Shown one piece after another: positions 43,701-57,910 of a DNA stretch of 64,000 nucleotides. The translations under genes and the position numbers were made by a program. Below the pieces are notes generated by a model. That model did no database searches. It was given only the letters and a program-made list of their open reading frames with translations, and was not told where the DNA came from. Source of the stretch: Rotaria socialis (taxonomy: Eukaryota); the NCBI GenBank assembly GCA_905331295.1, contig CAJNYD010000034.1:62001-126000 (forward strand), read 5' to 3'. Each line of letters opens with the position of its first letter. Positions within the stretch are counted from its first letter, which is position 1.

Positions 43701-46700
43701 CAGGACCAGGACCCACTGATGATGATGATGTTGTTGTGGTTGGTAATCGTGTTGGTGGTAATGTAATTATACCGGATTTTGGTAAAATATGATAAAACAG
43801 TGCAAAACCACGTTGAGATTGAGCATTTTGACTTATTAAATTAGATGTAACAAATATTCTATCTGTTGATGAACATGTCTCAAATAAAACTTCAGTTTGA
43901 CGTGTGCCACATAAATAATCACGATATGATTGATTATTACATTCATATGATATAAAAAGATAATCATTTTTACATTCACGTGTTTCTATATCAGCTGGAC
44001 CAATATCAAGATCGTATAAATACATAAATATAACACGATCAGAACTATCAGGTAGACCTATTGTTACATTGTTACATTGTGTTGGTTTATAAGATGGATA
44101 TGAGTCACTTTTTATAATGCCACTTGATCCGAATAAATTAAGAGTTTGACTTGAACATAAATCATAAGTACTTTGAACAATTGTTAATGTTGGTAAACAT
44201 TGATATCCAACAAAAAGATATTTAGCAACAGATTTATTACATTCTGGTAAAGTAACTATATTTAGAAACGATATAGAACATGCTCGTTTTCCTGAACATG
44301 TTCGATAAACATGATCAGCTTCACTTGTACAATCATTTATCGTATAATCACATCGATTACCATAACCATAAAATGCTCGATGAATAACAATAATATAATT
44401 TGATGGACATTGAAAATTGTTTGCACCAAATAACGCTGATAGATCAGGATAACATAAAGTTTTAAATAATCGAGGAGATGGATCAGGATAATAACTTGGA
44501 ATGACTGACATCGTTGTTGTTGTTGGTTCTACTGATGGTTTAGGTGATAATGTTGGACGTGTACTAGGTGTAACTATTTCATCGCAAACTTCAGTTGGAT
44601 TTCGTTCACGAAATTCAAAATAAAATTTCACGCCACGTCCTCTGGCATCCGATGACCGAACCAATTGTAATAATACTGATTTATGACAAGTTTTCAGTAA
44701 AATATTTGTAAATGATCGTCCACACCATTCTGTTACAGCATCATCAGCTCTAACAATTAGTCGATCTTTTGTACAACTTTGTCCGATCACATTTGGACCA
44801 TTTAAATCCATATCAACTATATAAAGATAAATATCTTGATATGGCTTTAATATCTGTAAATCATATGTACAATTAATATTATTTTGAGTATTAGGAAAAT
44901 TAGGTGAATTTATAAATCCACGACGAATATCACCTTGTGGTTTTAAATTATTATTGCATATGTCATATGTATTTATATTTGGAATATTATTTGGTACACA
45001 TACATAATCAATATGTAAATAAGCTGATGGTCGATTTTGGCATAATGCCAAACTTTTAGAAAAATGAAACGCAACACAAGATGTTTTCCCAGCACATACA
45101 TTTTGTATCGTTGATGAATCACTTTGAAAGCAATCATTTTGATTATAAATGCATGAACTTGCGTCTGTACTTCCATCTGGTTTAGCTGCATAGTCAGCAG
45201 TTATGATATCGATAACATAGCCGGGTGAACATCTAAGTGTTTTTGATTGACTGCGACATATGTCATAAAATGTTGAATCTGTAACACCAGTATCACAGAA
45301 ACCCCATTGACGGTCTGCCTCAAAATTACTAGTTAATGAACACCATGGATCAGATGGATTTGGAAGTGTTCCTGAATTAGGCGGTTGACCTGAGATACAA
45401 TTTGTATATTGAGTACCTCCATAGGTAAATGGAAATTGACAATATTGGCGAATATCATTGGTGGTTGTTCCACCATACGTAGGGACTATGAAAAGAAAGA
45501 AAGAACGAAATGAAAGTTTTATTTTTTATTTTAAAATGATCTACTTTGAAGACTTGGTGGTAATAAGGTTGTTAAAGATGATGTTTGCATTGTTGTTTGT
45601 CTTGTTGTTGTGAAACCGCTTGGTGTACATGACCATCCAACAGGTACATCAATAGTTTTAAAAAGAACTTTAAAACCACGATATCCTAGTGCTTGATGAC
45701 TCGATATAAATTTAAATTGAACTAAATTTGAACAACTGAATAGAATAAGTTCAGCTTGTTGTGAACCACAAAGAATAAGTTTATCATTTCCATCATAGAT
45801 TGTTAACGATGCATCATTACAAGTACCAAACTCATCTTCGCCTTCCAAAAATAAATCAACAATGTATACCATCCACAATTTACTTGGCAATGTTTCAATT
45901 GTTCTTGAGCAGCTACGTGCTGAATTTAATGATGGATATTGAGGACTTATTAGCATAGATTTATCAACAGCAATTGTATCTGTTGTTGCTGATGCACATA
46001 TATCTATTGGATTTTCATTATTTGGTAAACGTGTTGGTATACATTGATAGTCAATATTGAGATAATCAGCAGTTTGATTGCTACACTGTGAAAGTGGTCT
46101 TGGTATAACATATTCCAAAAGACATGAATGTGTACAAGTGACACTAATAGTCGTTTCTTGACGGCAATGAGAAAACGTTGGGATTTCACATGAACCTACG
46201 CCTGTTGAACCATAATATGAATCGACTATGGAAATTACATAATCATTTGAACGTGGACATCGTAAATATTCTACAGTACCAATGCATAGATGTTTACCGA
46301 AAATGGGTGAAATATCTAAACGTTGTGCCCAATCTGGTAATGGTTCATTTGCTGTTGTTGTTGATTCTAATGGATTCAGTGTTGATGGATTTCCACCACA
46401 GTTTATAGTGGCTGTATTTTGAACCGTTTCAAAATATAATTTAAAGCCTTTATAGAAAAGATTCGATGTTGAAATTGTTTTATATTGTATTCTTATATTT
46501 GAGCTACAGATTGGACCGAGTGTTAGTTTTCGTTTACCACAATAGATATATGATGAATGGACAGTATCTATAATTAAATAGTCGGTTACGCATGTATCAC
46601 GAATCGACGGATACAATTGTTCAATGTCATCGGCGTTGTTGACATGATTGTTTTTATAAATTATAAAATTTGGCTTATCGAATTTGTCTAAATAAAGAAT

Positions 46701-49700
46701 GGATGTCAATAACGATATTGAAAAGAAACATGCTAATTTATACCATTTAAACTACGTACACCGTTGCTTGCTATAGCCATTTCATTAATCCAGATTTGCA
46801 ATATTGCCTCTCGTGAACCAATAATAGGTCGTTGACATTCTTTATTTGTTTGTTTATAGTTAGGGTAATTTGGACTTGTTATTACACCAGAAAAGGCTTC
46901 AATTGGATCATTTGTATCACAAATATCAAAGACTTTCAAAGCTGATGTTGTTCCAACGGGATAACTTGGTACACATTGATATGAAATATGTAAATAATCA
47001 GCATATCTATCTGAACAACGAGCTAATCGACGTTTTGTTGAATAGGGTAAATAACAACTCGGTAAATCATTTTGACATTGTGTTATTGTTGACATAGCTT
47101 CTTGAACACAATCACCTTGAACATATTCACATTGATTTGATGCTAGACTTTTAACACCATAATAAGCATCAAGTATCATGAATGTATACCCAGATGGACA
47201 ACTATGAATTAATGTAGCACCATAACATATACTATATTGAACTTCAGCAAATGCACCTGTAAACGATGTATTTGCGGGTAATGTTACTTGTATTGGCATT
47301 GTTGGTGTTGTACGAATACTTGTTGGATTCGTCAATGTCGATAATACTTCTCCACATGACCTATCGAATGGATGTACTTGATTTTCAATATACAATTCAA
47401 CACCATAGGATAAATTTTGTGAAGGATCATCTATCTGATAACGTAAGTCAAGTTCATTTGTACAACTCGAATATACTAAACTAGATGTGCGCTGTTCACA
47501 AAAATCTAAACCTTCAGTTTCATTATCTTCAATAAATGTTATTTTATTGGATTTACACTCTGGTATATAACTATTTAAACTTATATCCAATGCATATATA
47601 TTCATAATATAGCCAGGATTAGTTCTTAATCGATATATACAATTCATTTGTATTAAATTAGGATAATTATAACTTTGAAATCGACCATTACGATTTATTT
47701 GAATAATTGTTTTCGAACCATCATTTGGACATGGACTATTTGTTGCAACGGTAGACGTTTTTGTTGGTATACATTGATATTCGACATAATGATATGAAGC
47801 TATTGTATTGTTACATAATGGAACAATTTCATTTCCTGTATACATGTATACACATCTTTGACGGCATAAAAATGGTGGATCTGTTGTAACAACACAATGT
47901 TTAGCTGCATCATGTGGCTCACATTGACCTGATGTAGTAACACCATATATATTTGTTTTAATTGCAACAACATAATCATTTGGACATTCAATTGTATAAG
48001 ATTCATCTAAAGGATTTTTGTTTTTATTCAGGTAAATTATAAACATAGCGAAAATAAATCAATTGTTTACCTGTACAAATTTGAAAACTTCTTGTAGGTG
48101 ATGCAATGCCAAGTGTAACATAGATGGGTTCAGCTGTTGATAAATGCGGCCCAATAGTTGTCAATGTTGTTATACTTGGTACTGGTGTTACTGTTATTTG
48201 TGGACAATTATCATTTAGAGGCCGATCAACAACTTCAAAATACATTCTCATTCCTCTGTATGCTAGAAAATTGGTTTTAGCTAAATATTGTATAATAATT
48301 TTTGATGAACATAAATATGGGTAGCCCATTTTTTTCTGACCACAATTTTGATATGTTTGTGTATTATCAACAACATAAACATAATCATTTACACAATTCG
48401 TACCAATTGAACCAATGAAAAGATCTGATAACCACAAACGAATTATTTTATTATTAGGCACATTTATAACACGAGAACATTCGGATGTTGTTGGTTGAAA
48501 TGGCGATGGATAAGTAGGACTTTTAATAATTCCATTATCAGTCGTTATGTCGCTTGAATTTCGGCAGATATCATATTCTTTCGATGTATCATTCATTGAT
48601 ATAGGAATACAATTATAGTCAATATGAAAATAGCTATTAAACTGATCATTGCATTGAGGTAATTTCTGTTTTGTTGCATGAATCGTACATCCAGTTGAAT
48701 CGCTTAGACATGCTAAGCTATTCATAGCATCAACAATACAATCGCCTGGCGTGTATGAACACGAACCCGCAGTTTGTGAAACGCCGTGAAAAGCACTTCG
48801 AACAATCACTATATAATTACTTGCACACCGAAGTGTTACTGTTAATGGGACACAAAAATCTTGTGGAACCATGAATTGTGCATTTTGCGCATGATTGAAA
48901 ACGATATATTGTAATATGTACGCAAGAAAATAGATTACTTTAGACATAATAAGGAAAACAAAAAAAATTGCTACTATGTTCTTTTAGAATAGTAGCATTT
49001 ATGGTAAAAGAGAAGCAGTGTTGACGTATAAATAATAGAAAAGACAAAATATACTTCAACTTTTTGTTCGCCAAGTGCGAGATAACAAAAATGTAAAACG
49101 ATATCATCTTACGAACTCTATCTTTTTCATCTTACTGTGTCAATTATTCTAATTTTATCAGTTGACTATGACTACTTCATATGTCTGCATGAGTATATTG
49201 TAGAATAGTTATAGCCAAAAACAATCACCAGAAAAACATACTATTTTCTTGTTTGTATTTTAATAAATCAAAAAAGAAAACAATCTTCTATACCTTTTTC
49301 TTGTTGAATTAAATCTTTGAGTTTTTCAGCACGATCAATGCATTCTGTAATTTTCTGGCGATATGCTGCTCGTTTTCGTTCTTCACTGGATGGAATATCT
49401 ATTGAAAACGACATAATACAAAGCTGTACAACATCTATATTATTAGCATATATGAAATTTCTTCTTTCAAAAATTATAGTTTCTATAAAAATAGTTATTC
49501 CATACTTTAAATAACTTACTCGTGTTCAGTTTTACTTCGTTATCAACGAAAATCTATTCTATTTTTATCATATCTTTTAGAGTTAAGATAGTGTCAATGT
49601 CAATCAAGAAGAGTTCGTCCGAAATTAAAGAATATAGTAAATGTAATTCGTTTGATTTTGCTGAAACATACGAATTTTTTTATCAGTGATTGACATAATT

Positions 49701-50696
49701 TGAGCAGAAGCATCCCTATGAACTATGTGAAGTACACAATTAATCAAGACATTTTTATAATCTATCGGGTAGCAGCTAAGTTGCAGAGAATTTCATATCA
49801 AATTTCTAATCAATATAGCCATAGCCTTGTGAATTTTTCTTACTATAGATGCATTGAACTATTAAGATTCTATTACAGTAAAAGCCAGGCACGAAATAAA
49901 TCATTCTGCTGATAAGCAGTGCTACTGCTGCTGGTATCGAGTAGTCAGATGTAAACATTTTCATCTTTGTTTTATGTACGGATATCAAAATTCATTTAAC
50001 TTTTCACAACATCGAATGATATATAGTCAAATAAAACTATAATCTTATCTATCATAGACGACTGTAATACATGGTGAAGGATCAGAAATAAAAAAAGAAA
50101 AAGGGGTGGAATATTCTTCGATGAAGTGTGCGTTAGAAAAAAATTCTTTCACTATAAATAGTAATAGTATGTTCGAAACAAAACCCCTATGATCTGATCA
50201 TATGTATAAACATATACTCATGAAACTTCAAATCATACTTAGAGTTTATAGAAGGTTATCATAATTCTTTTAGCTGTCGTAGTAAGTTAAATGACGTTGA
50301 AAAGATTCCTAAAAGATGAGAAATAGAAATTCAAATAATTATACGAATGAGTTGTCTTCAGATTGGAATTTAATCGCTATTTTTCTGAACTGCTGATTAA
50401 TACATCTGTATTTTCACTGAGCAAAATGAATACATTTTGACGTTTTGAAGTGGAGTTGATTAGTGCTATTAGTTCTATATCATGAAGTTGAGCTGTTTCT
50501 CATATCTTCGACAATTTAACTTTTACAAACGATAACTATAATAACATTTAAAAAACTACTGTTATCACTTACCTTTTACAGCACTCAGCAACATACGAAT
50601 ACCTTCGGAATAGCAACTTAATGCATCTTGATAGGTTCCTTCATTATCGAGTTGTACGGCTCGTTTTAATAATTCAATTGCTGCCGTTTCACTCAT
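40704..50696 (-). CDS. MITD1: MIT domain-containing protein 1 (7 exons; intron 2 is 41750-49293)
   Basis: MIT domain in exons 50573-50696 ([36 protein letters not shown]) and 49294-49398 ([16 protein letters not shown]). PLD-like MIT_C domain in exons between 41749 and 40704 ([59 protein letters not shown]). Confidence 0.93.
41845..48947 (-). CDS. ~2307-aa type I membrane protein: signal peptide, (SUEL lectin-CUB)x4, FN2, (SUEL lectin-CUB)x4, TM, short tail; nested in MITD1 intron 2
   Basis: Exons 48071-48947, 46744-48006, 45545-46687 and 41845-45485 join in frame through three phase-1 GT-AG introns (64, 56 and 59 nt). Repeated CUB signatures (G.I.SP.YP, RGF.L.F) and SUEL-like C..YVI.I..A.YG...Y.C.P blocks. 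[23 protein letters not shown] followed by RRR. Confidence 0.88.
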
Positions 50697-51590
50697 TATC
50701 TACAATAATATGTAAATATAAAACTTCATCCGAGATCTATAAATAGTTGAAATGTTATCCATCACATATTTCTTGCTTAATGTTTGGTTCCTAATTCACT
50801 CGCAATAAACTGATTTTTTTTCCAGTTAATTGCCTATTTTATTATGGATACGATGACATATGTGAGTTCCATAAAAAAAAGTAAATTAATTATTTAATTT
50901 ATGAATTATACAGAGTGCAATTTTGACGATCAGAATGAATAAGTATTTGGAAATGCTTAGTAAAAAATATCAAGGACTCTTTTTTTTTATAGAATTTAGA
51001 TTCGTTATGCATCTTCAGTTTTACGCTCAAGTTTATTAACGACGAAATTGATCTATCAAATCGCTACTATTTGAAAATAATAGCATCTTTTACTGAAAAA
51101 TAATATCAAAATGCCTTCAAGATCTAAAATAGTAAAATATAAATGTAAAAAATTTGCTAGTGAATTGAAATTATGAAAACTAAGATCTTTTTGTACACAT
51201 CTTAATTTTTTCGATCTCCTGCTTGCATCTACGTGAGTCATATTCTTATGTTGATTCGTACATGCAATAAAGCAATCATCGGTAACATAATAATCATCGG
51301 CAAAAATATGATAAAACTCGAAAAGCATCGATTTATCGTACGCCGTTTCTCCAAAAAAAAAAACAACAACAACAGCATGAACATTGCTTGAAATGAACTT
51401 TTGTTTTGGTTCAATAGATGTAGACACAGTGTATACACAAATATACAGTCGTATGCTAACAGACATTATTGGATCCCACACGTTTATATTCAATCAGCCC
51501 AAGGTGAAATTCTTTGAAGAAGAAATCATCAGAATAAGATATGCTTGGAGATTTGTCTTGTGAAATTTTTAATAAAAGAAACTAGAATCA

Positions 51591-51613
51591 GTGTGTGTGT
51601 GTGTGTGTGTGTG
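51591..51613 (+). repeat. (GT)n microsatellite
   Basis: Uninterrupted GT run. Confidence 0.9.
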
Positions 51614-52602
51614 AAATACATATTTTATCATTAAATCAGGATTGAAAATGTGCTCCTATTCAAAGTATACAGTATTTTGTGATATATCCATGCAGTTAGA
51701 ATTATTTTTTGTGGAGGAATCAAAACTCATCGAAAAGTTGTGAATTATACGGTGGAAAAAGAAGAATCTAAACATGTGAACAATTTCGGATAGACAGCAT
51801 TATTGAATCGGAAACAAAAAGTTTTTTTCTAAATCACAGAATTTTCTCGTCTAATCCAATCTAGATACAGAATATTAAATCTAGAGAGAAATGGCAGAAT
51901 ACACACTAATTACAGCTATATATATATTTACATTAGAGTTCAACTCATTGCAATCCGTCTAGCTAAGACATCTATAGAATAGCAAAAACATCTAATTGCA
52001 ATTCTCAAAATATGTTTGGTTCGGTCCTGATTATCTTAAGGCACCACTCTTTTTTTTTCCTGCCGACTCTTCCAGGAAATAAGTCAATCGCCTGTCGTAG
52101 AATCGCTGAAGCTACAAAACATGCACAATCTTAAAACTGTCTCACATTGAATGTCAGCACGGTTAGCTCACAATTTTGAAAGATGAGCGAACAATTAGTA
52201 GTACACAACAACTGATGTCAAGTGACGCTACATGGGGACATACCCCCGTATAATAGTCAATGAATTGCAGAACAAGCAAAAATTGTTTGTTCTGCTATTC
52301 AGTGTACTGGTAGCTTTCCCGTGCTCGCTAAATTTTGCGCATACGGTTGTACCGCAAATAGCATCAGCTAATATCGGTTGTTATTTACTAATGATTATTA
52401 GTTCATCCTTCAAAATAATGAGCTAATCCTACTACAGCTAGAGGCGAAACATCTGTACTGATTGTGTATGTATAAAAATGACTAGAATTGATCGATAAAT
52501 AACGGAACCAAATGTTGAAAACGTCAAAAGAGAACACAGCGTTGCCATTACAAAACTTAACTTCATATAATTTGTTTTTTCTACAATTAGATTATTTGCT
52601 CA

Positions 52603-53474
52603 ATGAGGTTGCTACGCTATTCTGTGCCGTTATCACGATTCGTTTTTCCATTAGCCATCTCTAATCGAAGATTGGCAACAGTATCTTCCAATTCTTCGAC
52701 CATTCAACCGATGACAGAGGCTGCAAAACAAGCTGCTCGAGAAGAAGCTACATTAACGAAAATAGCACCATACAAGAATGTTCCTGGCAAACACTATGGT
52801 GATGGCCTGGCCGAAGTAGCGTTGGCTCGTTTAGATGACGTACAAAACTTGATTCGACGTGGTTCTATCTGGCCGTTAACATTTGGTCTCGCTTGTTGTG
52901 CTATTGAAATGATGCAAATGGCTGCTCCGCGGTACTCTAATTGAAAGCTTAACTAGGAGAAAATTTTTCATTGAATACTTCTATTTCAATAATTGTTCTA
53001 GTTATGACATGGATCGATTTGGTGTTGTCTTTCGTGCTAGTCCTCGTCAATGCGATCTCATGATTATTGCTGGTACTTTGACTAATAAAATGGCACCGGG
53101 TAATTACAATAAATACTTTCTAGGACTTGTTTTTTAATTGAAGAACAATTGATGTTCCTAATTTTTCGTAGTGTAGCTGTTCGACGTCTTTACGACCAAA
53201 TGCCACATCCAAAATGGGTCATTTCGATGGGTTCATGTGCAAATGGAGGTGGCTACTATTACTATTCGTATTCTGTCGTATGTGATTATTGATTGTAATC
53301 CGCGAATAAACGGCATCGATTTTTATTTAGGTTCGTGGTTGCGATCGTGTCATCCCCGTTGATATTTATGTTCCCGGCTGTCCACCAAGTGCAGAAGCTC
53401 TACTCTACGGTATTCTTCAATTACAACGAAAAATAAAGCGCTTAGATACATTACAAAAATGGTACCGCAAATAA
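52603..53474 (+). CDS. NDUFS7: NADH:ubiquinone oxidoreductase subunit S7 (PSST), 4 exons
   Basis: Mitochondrial presequence, [47 protein letters not shown] and [25 protein letters not shown]. Confidence 0.97.
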
Positions 53475-56400
53475 ATCAATTAATCTCGACCCTACGACTG
53501 TATGCAATTTGACTAAGAAATTTTCATAGTTATTCGATTTTCACTTCTGGTCTTCGTCTCCTTATGAGGTATTTTCTTATCGGCGCAAAAAAAGTGCATG
53601 TAGATACTAAATGAATTCGAGCGTATATAATTTTAAATGTTACTCAATTACCCATAGTACTACTCATAGTCTTGTTACATGTACATCTTTTAATAACTAA
53701 ATAAATTGTAATATTTTATTGGTTCGTCGTAATCTCATGAATGAAGCGACTTCAACAAAGATAAATTATCCAACACGAACGATCAACTAGTGCGAAAGCC
53801 GATGATGGTGTACATTTAATTGGCCGTTTCCGCTTTACATATTCATTAATCGAAACCGGTCGAAATAAATCACAGCAAGCTATTGTTTCCGATGCAGTTT
53901 TATAGCGTATATTTATTGGTATATGTTCACTAATTGGTTTAATTTTCATAGTGAAATTTTTTAACGAATCTCTCCGTATATCAACAACTAAGAAAAATAC
54001 TCGAGAACCCTTTGATTTACGTATACGTTCATAGATGCTGAATACTTGAAAAACAACTATCAGTTCGTTTTACTTTGCATTTTCAAATAGCCACAAAGAA
54101 AAAAACTAAATAGTTCAATTGGAAAATTATGTAACGTATGTATGAATTAGATCGTAACCATAAAACAGCAAAAAATAATACGATGACAATTGATCATGTT
54201 TAGTTTTATTCAAATTTTATTATTAGTACTAGATATTTATTTTTACAATAAATCCAGTTTGACATGATAAAATGAGTCCTAAAAACTACCAAGTCATACA
54301 GACACATGCCAAATGATTTATATCGTAAGAAATTTCTTATATTTGCGTTTGCGTTGCATTTCTGATTCGAGTCTTCTTGATGTAACTTGAATTATATTGC
54401 AACAAAATTGCTATCACAAAAGAAAAATAATATGTTAATTTTATGGGTTTTTTCTTTCGTGCTGTTAATTGTCTCAGTTATAAATATTTTAGTTGAATTA
54501 TTGAAATTCCTTCGTTTTTATTTGATTCAACAAAAAAATCTAATGAATAATTATGAAAAAACGAGGTTTAGCGATACGTCGTATTTTTCTTACCAATCAT
54601 TTAATATAGCTCCTTTTATCTTTATCTCTGTTTTAGTGGCTTTATTAGTTGAAGAATATAATACATTCATGAAATCTTGGTTTTCTAACCGACCATAAGA
54701 TTTCCTATGTATAGCATTTCTTCTGTCGAAAACACGGTTATGTTAAGATAGATAGCAACAGACAAAAAGTTTTCGATACAGTGACATAAAGCATGCAGAT
54801 GAAAATAGAATTGTCCTAAATTGAAGTTGATGATGATTTAGTAGTAAAACATTTTAATGAAAGTTTAATTAAAGTCTGATGAAAAAGTCTTAATTCTCAA
54901 TAGAAACGAATCTCTTGATCATTTTCATTCACAGCCATCAGAAACCTGAATGTTGAATTTATCGGTTATATTGAATTCTATTGAAATACAAGTTTGCATT
55001 CATATTGAAAAATTAGCAATGTCCTTTTATTTTATTTAAATTACTGAAAACATTTTTTTTGTGGTGATGGTTGTCGATAGTTACATTTTTCTTTTCATCT
55101 CGATCGTTCTTAACAATTTATTTATTCATTCTTTTTAGATCAAGAAAAAAACTAATAGCGAAAAATCGACAACTTGAAATGATTGTTTGTGATACTAATT
55201 GCATTGATGATTTTTATTGAAATGGACAGTGTTCTTGTCAAATTCGTTTTTGATAATTTGTTTTGAACTTATTTAATAAAGAGTTTTTTCTCTTGTCAAT
55301 TCTTGATTGAATTTATCGAAGAAGCTTCTTTCACCAAGGCAATATTACAAAAATGAAAAATTCTATCATTGATTTCACTTCAATATTCTATTTATTTCGT
55401 CATATGAAAGTATCGGCATATGAAGGTTAATGTTGAGTGGAAAGAAATTTTCTTAAACGATAAATTACTCTGTTGATCGTTTCGTTCACAATCTTTTTCT
55501 AAAGATTTTTATTACTGTTGTTCATGAAGAAAGTTTTTGACCTTGAAAATCGGAGACCTGATTTACATATAATAGCGAAAAGAATGCATGAAAATTGCCC
55601 TTTTCTACCCATTATACGTGTATCATTATGGTTGTGTATAAAATTAGATTCCGAATAGAACGGTATTGGTTGCAAGTGCAACAATATCAATATCTTGAAT
55701 TAAAACAAAAAGACTTCGAGTAGTTAATGCAATGACTTGTGGAATGTAAATGGATTTATTTATTGATAAAGTCTGTTCAATTGTTGTTGCTGTTAATTTT
55801 GAACTATTTCAAATCGATTCTCATTCCTCCTCGATAGTAGAAATCTGGTTGAAAAGTAAAATTTCGAGTAACTCCATGATCATTTGTTATTTTCAGTGCA
55901 AAACAAAAAATATTTTATTCTGCTGATTTATTATTCATATGAATTCGAAAGTTGTCGGTTGTGGTTTTTGTCTTGTACGCATACGTACTACTATACTGTG
56001 ATAGATTAATATCTTACTAATATTTTACGCATCGTAAATAAATGAATTTGAAGAGAAATGCGATATACAGAAATTTTCTTTTCAATATTTACCTAGTTCA
56101 AAATGCAAAATAATGCATATTTCATCGAACAATGACTGATCATGTTCTGATGTTGCAGCTCATATTCGGTGAATCGTGTGATCTTCTTTATTCAACTTAA
56201 TAAATAAGTCGTATAGAATATGAGACATTTGTCAAACTTCATCATAGATTGCTTTTTTTGTTAATTTCCCAATCATGATTATCCGTTCGATCTTCTTCGA
56301 TTCCAACTTTGTCGGCATGTCTCATCTTTTACACTAGCATTTCTAGTGCTTCCTGATTCTCTTTAACTCTCTTCTACTTTGGCCTCTTTTATTAATTGAA

Positions 56401-57887
56401 TATATGAATTATTGTATGTAGCGTCGAGTAAGTTTAGTATTGAATAGCTTTAAGTAGAATCTCACTTTTTTATTCGATAAAAATTACGCCGCTCATGATT
56501 TTTAAATTATTAGCTTTTTGTTACTTGTAAATACGTGGTGTTTTTTTTTATCTAAATGAAAGTTTTAATAAATAACGATCGGTCGGTTAGATAATTTCAA
56601 TAAAAATAAAGCATTCATCAAGACGCATCTGTCAGACGTTCAATAAATATCGAGAATCACTTCAGAAAAGAGAACACGAGATTGTTATTCTCTTTTATAT
56701 ATATATTTTTTTTTATAACAGTATTCATATCATGCATAAACTCATGCAGGCAAGATGATTCTTGATGTTGATGATCATTAAAAGTCTAATGGTTTTCAAT
56801 TGTTTTTTATTTTCGAAAACTAAGACTCATATAACGATGATTTTTAAAAAACACTGAAGTTAATATTGTATTAGTCTGATCACGTATTTTTCACTAGAAA
56901 TGAAGGAAAAAATGAAATTAGATATTTTACCAGTTGCAAAATCATACGTTTAAGTTCAGTTGAATCATTCTTGGTAACCTAGTTACTTTTTTCTTATGAA
57001 ATTTCTTTTTGTTCGATCAGTAAATGAATAAAACCTTTAAAAAAAGCTAAATGTAGACTAATCCTATAAAACGAGAAAAGGTTTTTTCTCCTCTTGAATC
57101 AAAATATGAAGAAGATTAGCTCATGAATCATAATGTCTTGATAACGATCACTGGCAATCTTCGTCATTATTCTCACATAAATAATTTTAACATATCGATT
57201 GTGACTGTTCGTCTTCTTTTCTACAATCAATAAGTTGATCTTTGATTATAATAGAAAAAACGAATTAAAAATTGTAATTATATTTCTAATTCATATTCTT
57301 TATAGCTATAATTTTTAATAAGTGTCATTTTCATGTTGAATAAAGAAAACTAAGAGAAATCATTTTGTCTTACGTGCCAATTATTTATTGTGTCTTTTCA
57401 AAGGAAGAACAATAATAGAAACTTAATTATTCTACAAAAAAATTAGCGAGTAAAATATTTAAAGTATTGTCATCGTTATGCATTGTGTTTTACATGTGAT
57501 TGGCGATGACATTTGATCAATAAGATAATAGAGAACAAAAAGAAAACGATAAACTTTTTTCTGTTGTTAAATTTCGAATATTACCTGTTTAACAATAAAT
57601 TTTACCGTTTACTTGAGTATCAACCAAATAAAAATGTTTTTTAATTGCTATCAAGATTTAGAATTGTTCTGTCTTGTCCTTTTTTTTTATCTATCTGTTC
57701 ATCGAATCACTTGACATTCTTTTGTCAATGCATAATTGCTCGTGTCGAACACTTCAATGTATGAGGTTTGAGTATAAATTGTCTTTTACTAATTGATTTT
57801 GAATGAGCGAACACACGTACGATGAAAGACTTGATAATGATTTGTCAAGTAGCTGTCATTATCAGTTGGGCCAACAAAAAGAATACA

Positions 57888-57910
57888 TATATATATATAT
57901 ATATATATAT
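57888..57910 (+). repeat. (AT)n microsatellite
   Basis: AT dinucleotide run. Confidence 0.9.

Noticed and set aside
42510..48324. Many short overlapping ORFs on both strands within the lectin-CUB gene
   Set aside because: Shadow frames of long AT-rich coding exons, with no recognisable motifs.
48947..50696. MIT exons as the N-terminus of the lectin-CUB receptor (fusion)
   Set aside because: The receptor has its own ATG and signal peptide, MIT is cytosolic, and the MIT exons join in phase to the MIT_C exons to give a normal MITD1.
51056..51560. ORFs 51056-51493 and 51238-51438 (-)
   Set aside because: No recognisable domain, and I could not build a consistent exon chain.
52150..52370. GC-enriched stretch upstream of NDUFS7 as tRNA or snRNA
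   Set aside because: No cloverleaf or T-loop consensus found. Probably promoter sequence.
53752..56400. Possible minus-strand gene (terminal-exon-like 53752-53987) and hydrophobic ORF 54387-54698 (+)
   Set aside because: Upstream candidate exons contain stops in the frames I tried and no family is recognisable. Transcript data are needed.
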